Positions 10,727-20,000 of a stretch of DNA of 20,000 nt are shown piece by piece (the first letter of the stretch is position 1; the number at the start of each line of letters is the position of its first letter). The stretch spans positions 118,670 to 138,669 of the forward strand of contig PS015203.1 in the NCBI GenBank assembly GCA_048213135.1. The letters run 5' to 3'. The position numbers and the translations under genes are program-made. The stretch comes from Reclinomonas americana ATCC 50394 (lineage: Eukaryota). The notes under the pieces are model-generated. The model saw only the letters and a program-made list of their open reading frames with translations. It did not search any database and was not told the DNA's origin.

Positions 10727-13624
10727 GAGGCAGGCAGTGTGTGTGTGTGTGCGCGTGAGAGAGATGGAGAGAGAGATTGAATCAAGAAGACACGAAGAAC
10801 AGTGAGTACGAAGGCACATGGTATGAGAGAAAGTGAAGCAGACAGTCCTCACTCCACGGTAATGTTGCAGGAAACACACCATCGGTGGTCGCCGACGGGA
10901 GAGTCAGACACGCCAGGTTGCACAGCGCATCGTCCTTGGTGGCGCTCGCCAACGTGGAGTGAATCATCGAGCCGCCATACATCCACTCGGAGAACACAAT
11001 GCGCGGATGTGTGACAGATGTGGGTGGTATGTGCAGCAGCGCAGCATATGGTGACTCGGCCGGTAGCACGCTTGTTGTTTGGCGTGGGGTGTGGAGGTGC
11101 TGCGGTGCAGGCAAAGGAGGTGAGAGCGGGGAAGAGGGGGAAAGAGGGAAAGGGAGGGAGGGAGGAAGAAAAGGGGAAAAGGGGAGAGGGGAAGAGGGGG
11201 AAAGAGGGGAAGGAGGGGAAGGAGGGGAAGGAGGGGAAGGAGGGGAAGGAGGGGAAGGAGGGGAANNNNNNNNNNNNNNNNNNNNNNNNNNNNNNNNNNN
11301 NNNNNNNNNNNNNNNNNNNNNNNNNNNNNNNNNNNNNNNNNNNNNNNNNNNNNNNNNNNNNNNNNNNNNNNNNNNNNNNNNNNNNNNNNNNNNNNNNNNN
11401 NNNNNNNNNNNNNNNNNNNNNNNNNNNNNNNNNNNNNNNNNNNNNNNNNNNNNNNNNNNNNNNNNNNNNGAAGGAGGGGAAGGAGGGGGAAGGGAGGGGG
11501 AATGAGGGGGAAGGGAGGGGGGAGGAGGGGAAGGAGGGGAAGGAGGGGAAGAGGGGAAGAGGGGAAGGAGGGGAAGGAGGGGAAGAGGGGAAGAGGGGAA
11601 GAGGGGAAGAGGGGAAGAGGGGAAGAGGGGAAGAGGGGAAGAGGGGAAGAGGGGAAGAGGAGAAGAGAGGATGAGGGGAAGAGGGAATGACGAATGGAGA
11701 GAAGGAGAGACAAGGAGGCAGAGAGACTTGCTGAGAGCACGAGGGCAAAAGTACAGAGAAAAGGTGCAGAAGTGACGGCAGGAAGAGGGCGACATGGAGA
11801 GGGAGAAGCAGCGGGAGATCCGCGAGGGGAAGAGTGTGTGAATGAGAAGGAAACAAACGAAAGAGACAGAGAGAGACAGAGAGAGCGAGAGAGAGAGAGA
11901 GACGGGGGAGATAAAGAGAGATAGGAGTGGGAGAGAGCGACAAAGAAGCGAGAGGCGAATATGCTTTGGAGTAGAGAAGGAGAGTGCAGAGAGGAATTGA
12001 ACATAGAAGAGCGGGAGGAGGAGGGAGAGAAGGAGGGAGGAAGAGCACACGAACACAGAACGAGTGGGCAGTTCTCTCAAAGGAGTCGAAGCACACACAG
12101 ACTTGCATTCGTGGAAAACCTCACCTTACTAAAATACGCCCGCAACATCTTCGGCATGGAGCAGTGCGCCTTGGCGATCTGCACAATACAGTGAGCAGAC
12201 CGGAGAAGCATTCGTGGGGCGAGTGGCAAACCATGTTGACATCCATGTCCAGTCTCTGAATCACCGCATCTTTCACTGCCAGAGGCAGCCCATAGTCGGC
12301 CAGAAACTTGTCAACTGTGATGATAAAAAGGGGTGAACAGCAATCACTCTTGTGCGCGAGTACTATTACGCAGCAACATATTCCACGGGAGCAGGACTAG
12401 TTGCGGCTCTCTATCTGTCTGGCAGTGCAGTGCTGCTCTCTTTCTTTGGGTTCTCTTCCCTCCATCGCCGGTGTGACAGCCGCAGGCAGATACCTGCAGG
12501 TCTTCCCTCCCTCTCTCCCCCTCCTCCCCCACCCACCTGAATCACCCACAGTCTTCCCATGATTGAGCTTCAGCTCCATCGGGAACCCCAACGCCGGAAT
12601 CGTCAGCTGCACGCCAGTGAAGAACGGCAGCGTCCACAACGGCGTGTCGTCCCGAACATACACTCGACAGTCGCTGTCGACCTGCAACAGCGGCTGCGTA
12701 GCATCGCGCTCGTGCTGCTGCTGTTGCAGCGACGGTGATGGCGGTGGCGTCAGCTTGACATTCGGATCCTGGACGACACACGACAAGAGTCAGCGATGTG
12801 ATGCATCGCAGCACAGAGTGACGAGGGGACGCACCGTAAGTTGCGCAAGGACCGAATCGCACAGACGCTGCTCTTCGGCTGCCGTCCACATGCGATGCTG
12901 TTGCAGGAAGGCGCGTGCTGTGAAGGCAAGGGGAGAGTGAGGGGAGGGCAAGGGAGAGGGAGGGGGAAGGGAAAGGAGGAGAGAGAGGGGAAGGCGGAGA
13001 GGGAGGGAGTGAGAGAGGGGAAGAGATAAAGAGGGAGAAAGAGAATGAGTGAGTGCGAGAGGGAGAGAGGAAATGAGAGAAAGAGAGAGAAGGAGACGCA
13101 GAGCAAGAGGGGAAAGAGGGGGAAGAGAGAGGAAGAGAGGGGAAGGAGGGGGAAAGAGGGAGAAAGAGGGAGAAAGAGGGAGAAAGAGGGGAAGAGAGGA
13201 TGGGAGGATGAGAGGATGTGGATATGAGGGGTAAGGGGAAGTGGACGACGAGGGAAGAGGGGAAGAGGAGAGCGAGAACGAGAGAATGAAAGAGAGAACG
13301 AAAGAGAGAAGGAGAGCGAGGGAGTGAGTGAGCGTGAGAGAGAAAGGGAATAAGCGTCACAGAGTAAAGGAAATGCAGAGTGAGTGAGAGAGTGAGGGAG
13401 TGTGTGAACGAGAGGAGGCAGAGTGCGTAAGGCAGAGCGAGAACGAGGAAGTGGATGTTTGTGAGATAGCCAGAGAGAGAAGATGAAGAACAAAGAGGGA
13501 CGGGAAGTGCGAGGGATGTACATGTGAGAGGGCAAGAGAACGAGAGAATGCATGGCACAGAGAGCGAACGAGTGAAGCAATGCAGAAAGAGCGAGTGGCT
13601 GCATGTGCGAGAGGTAGAAAGTGG

Positions 13625-13655
<31 letters not shown>

Positions 13656-13759
13656 TGCGTGGAAGCATGAGAGATAGAGGAAGACAGAAGGAGAAAGAAA
13701 GCGAACGAGTGATGGAGAAACACAAAGAGCGCAAATCAGTGAATGCTGAGTGAGTGAGG

Positions 13760-13808
<49 letters not shown>

Positions 13809-14160
13809 GACGTGGTGAAGTACGAGTGAGTGAGTGCGTGTGCGAGGGCAAGTGAGTGGAAGCACGAGAGAGGAAGAAAGAAGGAGAAAAGAAAGCGAAC
13901 GAGTGACTGAGAAGCATAAAGAGCATCAGTGAAAGAAATGCAGAGAGAGAGCGAAGGACAGAGAGAGAATGCACGCGAGGGAATGAGTGAATGACTGCAG
14001 GCGCGCTTTATCCGTCGCCTACCAATGCACATGCCTGCAGAATCTCTCTCCCATTCTCCCTTACTCTCTCTCTTTCTCACAATCCCAAAGCACTGCCTCT
14101 CTCTCTCTCTCACACACACAGTCCCAAAGCACGCCTTCCCTCACTCTTACGCACACTCTC

Positions 14161-14208
<48 letters not shown>

Positions 14209-14228
14209 NNNNNNNNNNNNNNNNNNNN

Positions 14229-14259
<31 letters not shown>

Positions 14260-14500
14260 TCTCCATCCTTCTTCCCTTCCTCCCCCTCCCTCTCTCCTCC
14301 TCTCCTCCTCTCTCTCTCTCTCTAACACACGCACATACACACACGCACACACACACACACACAGAATCATGCTCTCTCTCTCTCTCTCAGTCCATCTGCA
14401 GGTTGCTTCTCTCCCTCTTCCCCTTCCTCCCTCCTTCCTCTCTCTCTCCCTCCCTCCCTTCTTCCTCCCTCCCTCCTCTCTCCTCCTTCTCTCTCTCCCT

Positions 14501-14541
<41 letters not shown>

Positions 14542-14740
14542 TCTCACCTGCATCCGCAATCGTCTCATGCTCCTCAAACAACAGCGGCACCGACCCGAGC
14601 GAATCCGTCATGTACACCCACACTCCACTCCAGCCGCGCTCGCGAAACGGCGACAGAGAGGTGCGAGCAGAGTCACTCGAGGAGCACGAGACAGAGAGGG
14701 AAAGGAGAAAGAGGAGGAAGAGGATGGGAGGAGAACGCAT
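8394..14740 (-). CDS. Nucleotide-diphospho-sugar transferase (GT77 / PF03407-like) with predicted signal peptide and long N-terminal extension
   Basis: Exons: 14740-14548, 12917-12835, 12768-12537, 12314-12232, 12178-12125, 11099-10853, 10146-9564, 9502-9190, 8783-8394, all phase-compatible. N-terminus MRSPPILFLLFLLSLSVSCSS. GT motifs KELYVYLLLRCGFVAFHADAD (DxD), INSG, NEQDLLN and H...K..IMQETGLW. The C-terminal exons are better supported than the upstream linkage; an N gap lies in two of the introns. Confidence 0.78.
8791..8965. repeat. Intronic purine-rich minisatellite (~48-bp units)
   Basis: gacgaagaggaaaga(g/c)agtcagaaaaggagaaaagcatgg occurs twice, followed by two cagggaaaggagaaaa variants. 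Confidence 0.85.
10330..10760. repeat. Intronic microsatellites (GGGAGA)n, (GA)n, (GACA)n, (GT)n
   Basis: Directly visible. Confidence 0.95.
11125..11680. repeat. (GGAGGGGAA)n/(GAGGGGAA)n satellite spanning assembly gap 11266-11469
   Basis: Directly visible; the N run is flanked by the same repeat. Confidence 0.95.
14160..14540. repeat. (CT)n tract with small gap 14209-14228, intron 1 of the glycosyltransferase
   Basis: Directly visible. Confidence 0.95.
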
Positions 14741-15460
14741 TGCCTTGGCGCACAAGGCAACATTAAACGAAATGGAGGCTGTGCGTCGGCAAATTGCACA
14801 GAGCGGGAAGGGTGATGGTGGAGGAGGAGAAGCGCAGTGCAACGCCGTGGCGCTGAGTGCGACATTGCAGGCAAAAGCTTCACAGTGACCATCAATTTGA
14901 AATGGATCCAGTTCTCGAGGCAGCTGTTGGGGACAGGTGCCTGCCACAGTGAACCAACAAGGAGGAGGAGGAGGAGGATAAGTACAGTGCGAAGCCGTGG
15001 CGCGAGAGGGAACACTGCGCGCGCATGCAAACAATTGATACATGAAATTCAATATTAGTGTAGTCGGACGCAGCGAGCCAGAGTTCTTGTGCCACAGCGT
15101 ATGTGCCTGCCATAGCACAACAATGAGGAGGAAGAGGAGGAGAAGTACAGTGCAAAGCCGTGGCGGGAGAGGCAACACTGGCAATAAATAGCGAACAGGA
15201 GCGAGCAATATCGGAAAATTAATATTGTGTGATGCAAGCGTGCATGCAGAGAAGCAGCGAGAAGGGAAAGGAGAAATAGAAGGTCTGCATCTAGCAGTAC
15301 AGTGCATTGCCTTGGTACGGAGGGCAACACTGCATGCACATGCAACAAAAAATATGAAATGGCCATGATTGCAGCTCCAGCGCTACAGCCGGTCGCCAGT
15401 GCCACATGCCTGCCGCAGCGTGACAAGCAGGAGAAGAAGCACAGTGCGTAAGAGAGACGG
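14725..15460. repeat. Degenerate ~150-bp tandem repeat array with hairpin core
   Basis: Core g(t/c)(a/g)cagtgc at 14832, 14982, 15145, 15297 and 15439, a related copy at ~14735, and tgcctgcc(a/g)(c/t)ag at ~14938, 15104 and 15407. Confidence 0.7.
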
Positions 15461-15758
15461 GAGCAGCGAACACAAATTTAAAGTCGTGGACACCCGCCGG
15501 CCGTGACGCTTACGTCGCGATTGTGTCCTCTCCTTCTCGCTTCTGTTGGTTTTCTCTCTTCGGAGAGCAAGACATCTGGTCAGCACTCTCCTGTGGTGAT
15601 GACGAAGAGACGTCGCAGCTCGGGAGGCGACATGGCGAACCAAAACGGGTTCTAAAGATATCGATATCGGAAAAATTGTGTCACAAGTCTGCCATGGTGT
15701 CTGCTGTGGAGGCTCATGTCTCCCCTTCTCCTTGCACGTGCGTGGGAGAAGGCAGAAA

Positions 15759-15784
15759 AAATGAATAAAATAAAAAACAAAAAA
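15759..15784 (-). terminator. RNA polymerase III oligo-T terminator for tRNA-Ser
   Basis: A runs on the + strand (T runs on -) begin 8 nt past the tRNA 3' end. Confidence 0.75.
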
Positions 15785-15792
15785 GATTTGAA

Positions 15793-15873
15793 CGCGCCGG
15801 GCATGATTTGAACATGCGCGGGTCTCCCCAGTTGATTTCGAGTCAACCGCCTTAACCGCTCGGCCACCGACGC
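15793..15873 (-). tRNA. tRNA-Ser(CGA), intronless
   Basis: GCGTCGG-TGGCCGAGCGGTTAAGGCG-GTTGA-CT CGA AA-TCAAC-long variable arm-GCATG TTCAAAT CATGC-CCGGCGC-G. All stems pair, the discriminator is G, and an oligo-T tract follows. Confidence 0.96.
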
Positions 15874-16010
15874 TGATGGTGAAGACCTAGTTAAAATTAC
15901 ATACGCCACCAATGCACACCAATCAACAAGCAGGACAACTTTTTGCCTTGTTTCTCTCTGTCACTCACAAACACGCGCGCGCAGTGCCTCTCATTCTCTC
16001 TCTCTCATTC

Positions 16011-19000
16011 ATGGCAGACGACGACGACGACTATCATGGCGATCACGCGGGCGGCTCCGGCTCTCGTTCGCGCCCTCCACGCACGTTTTTCTTTCGCACG
16101 GCCTCGACCATCTACACACACGTGGCGCGAGTGCTGCGTGAGACAGCAGGCGAGTGGACAGAGGTGATCGCCACGAGCACTGGAAAATCATCGCAGCAGC
16201 GGCCTCAATCTGCTGCATTTCCCGCCAAAACCGCGCCGGTGACACTGCGCGCGGATTTGTGGTTGTTGTCGCGTTGGGAGGTTCCGTGGGCGTCGATTGC
16301 AACAGAGACGGCCGTCAATCACATTCGCGGGACGAATCAGATTACGGTGAAGGGATTGCTGATCAAATCGTTGGGATCGCTGACGGGAAGGGAGCTGTCG
16401 TTTGTGCCGGAGACGTTTGTGGTGGTGCCGGGGGGTGCGGGCTCGGAGTTGGATGAGAGGGAGGTGTTTGTGCAGGTGAGGGAAAAGGGGGGGAAGAAAG
16501 GGGAAGGAAGATGGAGGGGAAGGGAGGGTGGAGGGGAAGGGAGAGAGAGAGGAGAAGGGAGGGGGAGAAGGAGGGAGGGAGATAAGGGGGAAGGGAGGAG
16601 GGGCTGCGAGAGAAGCCGTGATCATTCGAGAACGTCTTGTCTCTCCTTGCTTAGCTGACGGACGAGTGTACAGAGAGGAGAGAGGGAGGGAGAGAAGGAG
16701 AAGGGCGGGGGGAGAGGGAGGGCTGCGAGAGAAGCCGTGTTCATTCGCGAACGTCTTGTCTCTCTCCCTCCCTCCCTCCTCTCTGTGCACTCGTCCTTCC
16801 GCTGAGTAAGGAGAGAAGAGAGATGACAGGAAGAGGTGAGTGTCGCAGGAAGAGATGAAAGACAAGAGTATGACAAGGGAAAATACGAAAAACGAAGAAA
16901 GAGAGACACGAGAGACAGAGAGAAAGAGGAGAAGAGAAGAGTCATTCTAGTGCAAAGAGATGACTTGAAGAGGGAATGGAGAGAAGGAGAAGGGAGGGGG
17001 GAGAGGGAGGGCTGCGAAAGAAGCCGTGTTCAATCGAGAACGTCTTGTCTCTCCTTACTCAGCGGAAGGGCGAGTGCACAAGGGAGAGATAAGGGGGAAG
17101 GGAGGAGGGGAAGGGAGAGAAGCCGTGTTCATTCGAGAACGTCTTGTCTCTCCTTACTCAGCTGAAGGACGAGTGCACAGAGAGGAGGGAGGGAGGGAGG
17201 GAGAGAGAAGGAGAAGGGAGGAGGGGAAGGGAGAGAAGCCGTGTTCATTCGAGAATGTCTTGTCTCCCCTTGCTCAGCGGAAGGACGAGTGCAGAGAGAG
17301 GAGGGAGGGAGGGAGGGAGGGAGGCGAAAGAACACGTCGCCATGTTGTTTCAAGTTGTCTTTCCTTGCTTCAACTGAGGGAGGGAGTGGGAGGGATGCGA
17401 GAACGACTTTTCTTTCCTTGCTTTCATGACTCGCAGCTTCGCGAGGCAGGCACGAAAGGAGGAGAAGCGAGATGGGAAGAATTGGCTGCGACTTGGAGAG
17501 AGTGAAAGAGAAGGCAGAGAGACGATGCCGTGTTGTGTTTTCGTCTTCTCCTTCTCCGTTTTTTCTTCTTCTTCTTCTCTCCAACTCCATCGCTTCCTCT
17601 TTTCCGTCTTCTTCGCCTTCTCTCTCTCTCTCTTTGTGGTTCTGAATGATGATAAGGACGGAGAGTGCAGCATTCTCTCGCCGTTGTCCTCCACCTCCTC
17701 TCATCCTTTTCTCCTTCTGCGCTTACTTTTTCTCTCTCCATCTCTGTCTCTCTCTTTCTCGCTGAGAGACAAGAAAGACTGTGACTTGACGGTGAGAAGG
17801 CAGAGAGTCGGTCGAGAGACAACACTGAGTTGATTCAAGAACGACTTGTCTTTCCTTACTTCGGCGAGACAGGAGACAGAAAGTGGGTAGAGGCGACGCC
17901 GTGTTGTGTCACGTATGCGTGTCATTTCTTGCTTCCGCTTCCGCGCGCGTGCGAGAGAGAGAGATACACACACACACACACAAACAGAAGAGAAGCGATA
18001 GGAATAGACTTTGTCTCCAGGGTGAGAGTGAAACAAGAAGAGAGGTATGAGTGTGGAGATTCTCTTTCCTTGCTTTCTCAAGCACGCCGCTGAGAGAGTG
18101 AGCGCGAGTTTGTCTTGATGCCGCAGAAGCAGAGCGACAGCAGAGAAGAGTATATCGCAGACTCTCCGTGCCAGTGTCTCAGTCGTGTTTGAGGAAGAGA
18201 GTACTCGTGAAGATGTCGTGGCTTTCTTCTTCACAAATGTTTGCTGCAGAGTCTCAACGGCGACTTGTCCTTCATGCTTTCCCCTGCGCCCTCTGCTTCC
18301 GCACCCACAAATGAAACCATCACCCTCATCTGTCCCTCCCTTTCCCCTGTCCCTTTCCCCTCTCTAACCCCATCCCCCCTTCCCCCTTCCCTTTCCCCCC
18401 TCTTCCCCCTTCTCCCCTCTCTCACCCTTTCCCCTTCACCCTTCCCTCCCAGGCCGCCTCTCGCGAAGGCTCCACCTCCGTCTGGCTCTGCAAACCCACC
18501 AACGGCGGCCACGGCACCGGCATTGAGCTGTTTCGCGACCCCGCCGCGGCCATTGCGTACGTCGAGTCGCACCTGGCCGAAGATACCACCGAGGAGACGG
18601 AGGTCACGGCCTCCGCCGCAGCAGAGTTGCACCCTCCTCTTCCTCCTTTGCTATGAACTTACCTCACTCACCTCTCCCTCTCCAGCAAACCCTGGAAGCG
18701 CCCACGACAGAAGCGCCCGCCGGCGGCCTGGGTCGTGCAGCGATGCATCGAGCGCCCGCTGCTCTTCCCACCCTCTCTCCGCAAATTCGACATTCGCTTC
18801 CTCGCCGCCATCACGCACGACATGCAGCTGCTGTGGTATCGGCGGTACATTATGCGCATGTGCTCCGAGCCGTACGACTTGTCGCAGCTGGACAATCGCT
18901 TCTCCCACATTTCGAACCACTGCGGTACGTCCTCCACCTGCTTCCCCCCTCCCCCTCTTCCCCCTTCCCTCACTACGCGCACACCGCAGTGCAAACGGCC

Positions 19001-19432
19001 AGCGAATCGTACGGCCGCGAGGAGCTCGGCAACGAGCGCTTCACCGAGCACCTCGCGCAGCACCTGCAAGAGGCGCACGGCGAGGTGCGCGGTCGCCAGC
19101 TGCTGGAGCACATTGAGCGGCAGATGCGCAACATTGTGCGCGTGACGGTCGGCGCCTGCATGGACCACATTCGTGGCGACAAGGACTACCTCGCGTTCCA
19201 GCTGCTCGGCTACGACTTTCTCATTGACGAGAATCACCACGTGTGGCTGCTGGAGGTCAACGGCAGTCCGGCGTGCGCCGACAGCATGGCCGACAAGTTT
19301 GCGTGCGATGTCATTGCCTCGGTGGTGCAGCGCGCGTTTCCGCCGATTGCCGAGGGTGTGGACCTCGGCGGCGCACCGAGCCTCTTTGAGGAGATGAGGT
19401 GGGAGGAGGAGGAGCAGGAGGAAGCGGATTAG
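16011..19432 (+). CDS. TTL: Tubulin-tyrosine ligase
   Basis: Exons 16011-16475, 18453-18625, 18686-18924, 18990-19432. Motifs VNHIRG..QITVK, FVPETF, DEREVF, WLCKP..GGHGTGI, WVVQRCIERPLL..RKFDIR, HISNHCVQ...YG.EE.GNE and FQLLGYDFLIDE..VWLLEVNGSPACA; the NHC.Q/YG..E.GNE and NG.PAC features point to TTL proper rather than other TTLLs. Confidence 0.9.
16600..17300. repeat. Intronic ~70-bp repeat family (5 direct copies plus 1 inverted half-copy) with GA-rich spacers
   Basis: agaagccgtgttcattcgagaacgtcttgtctctccttactcagcggaaggacgagtgca(c/g)aga near 16611, 16730 (5' half), 17020, 17117 and 17234; reverse complement of the 3' half at 16781-16814. Confidence 0.9.
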
Positions 19433-19575
19433 TGGTACATTCATTGTTGATGTAAGTTGTAAAAAATGGCAGGCGGTAAGCGAGCAGCACTCCACGAAAG
19501 ATTAATACAACATGATTCGCGGAGAGCGCGCGCGCGCACGCGCAGCACAGTGCATTCGGTCCTCCACGATTAACT

Positions 19576-19862
19576 TCATGAGAACGTGAGCACCGAGCCG
19601 GGCGCCGCCGCCGCCGACACAACTCCACTGCTGCCGCCGACATCCATGGGACACTCCTCGGCCGAAAAGTGCTTCACGTGCGGGTCGGGGTGGAACGACA
19701 CCCGTCGCCGGCTGCTGCCGCTGCCGATGCTGTGGCTGCCGGGGGTGGAGGGCGAGATCTCCGCCATGGAGCCCTTGCGCGAGCCCTTCAAGATGCCGCG
19801 GACGGGGGAGAGGGGGGAGGAGGAGCCCGAGCCGCGAGTTTGGAGGTGGGAGTCGGAGGAGG
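19576..19862 (-). CDS. Terminal exon of a gene extending beyond the window; low-complexity tail with PP1-docking motifs
   Basis: Polypyrimidine tract and cgcgcag acceptor at 19863; open frame ...SPVRGILKGSRK...RRRVSFHPDPHVKHF...TFS* with GC-rich codon usage. Confidence 0.6.
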
Positions 19863-20000
19863 CTGCGCGGAGGGGGGTTTAGGGGAAGGGTTAAGGGGAG
19901 GGGAGGGGAGGAGGGAGGGAGGGAGGGAGGGAGGGAGGGAGGAGGAGGAGGAGGAGGAGGAGGAGGAGGAGGAGGAGGAGGAGGAGGAGGAGGAGGAGGA

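Noticed and set aside
10186-14600. Long Ser/Leu/Pro- or Glu/Arg/Gly-rich ORFs (e.g. 10782..12098, 12542..13723, 13991..14815)
   Set aside because: They are translations of stop-free GA/CT microsatellites and N gaps inside introns.
15480-15770. Short ORFs and the gatatcgatatc palindrome between the repeat array and the tRNA
   Set aside because: No recognisable motif, splice support or RNA family signature.
16600-17300. CRISPR-like repeat/spacer appearance
   Set aside because: Eukaryotic intron; repeats are ~70 bp, spacers are low-complexity GA of variable length, and no cas genes are present.

Overview
Intron-rich genomic DNA from a GC-rich microbial eukaryote (lineage not determinable), with short GT-AG introns, many GA/CT microsatellites and two N gaps. 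Most ORF-track entries are low-complexity or antisense artefacts, so I rebuilt the genes by hand-splicing. Left to right: (1) two head-to-tail minus-strand paralogues of a tripartite NLR-like (STAND P-loop NTPase) gene. They share a promoter motif, a tiny first exon and all NTPase exons, but carry unrelated N-terminal modules: a bacterial-type caspase-fold (C14) protease with a His/Cys dyad in the complete copy, which ends in 42-aa TPRs, and a putative degenerate DZIP3-type HEPN domain in the copy truncated by the window edge. (2) A nucleotide-diphospho-sugar (GT77-like) transferase with a predicted signal peptide. (3) A ~150-bp degenerate hairpin-containing repeat array overlapping that gene's start. 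(4) tRNA-Ser(CGA). (5) Tubulin-tyrosine ligase. (6) The last exon of a gene with PP1-docking motifs. The best candidate for a novel system is the effector-swapping NLR-like array.
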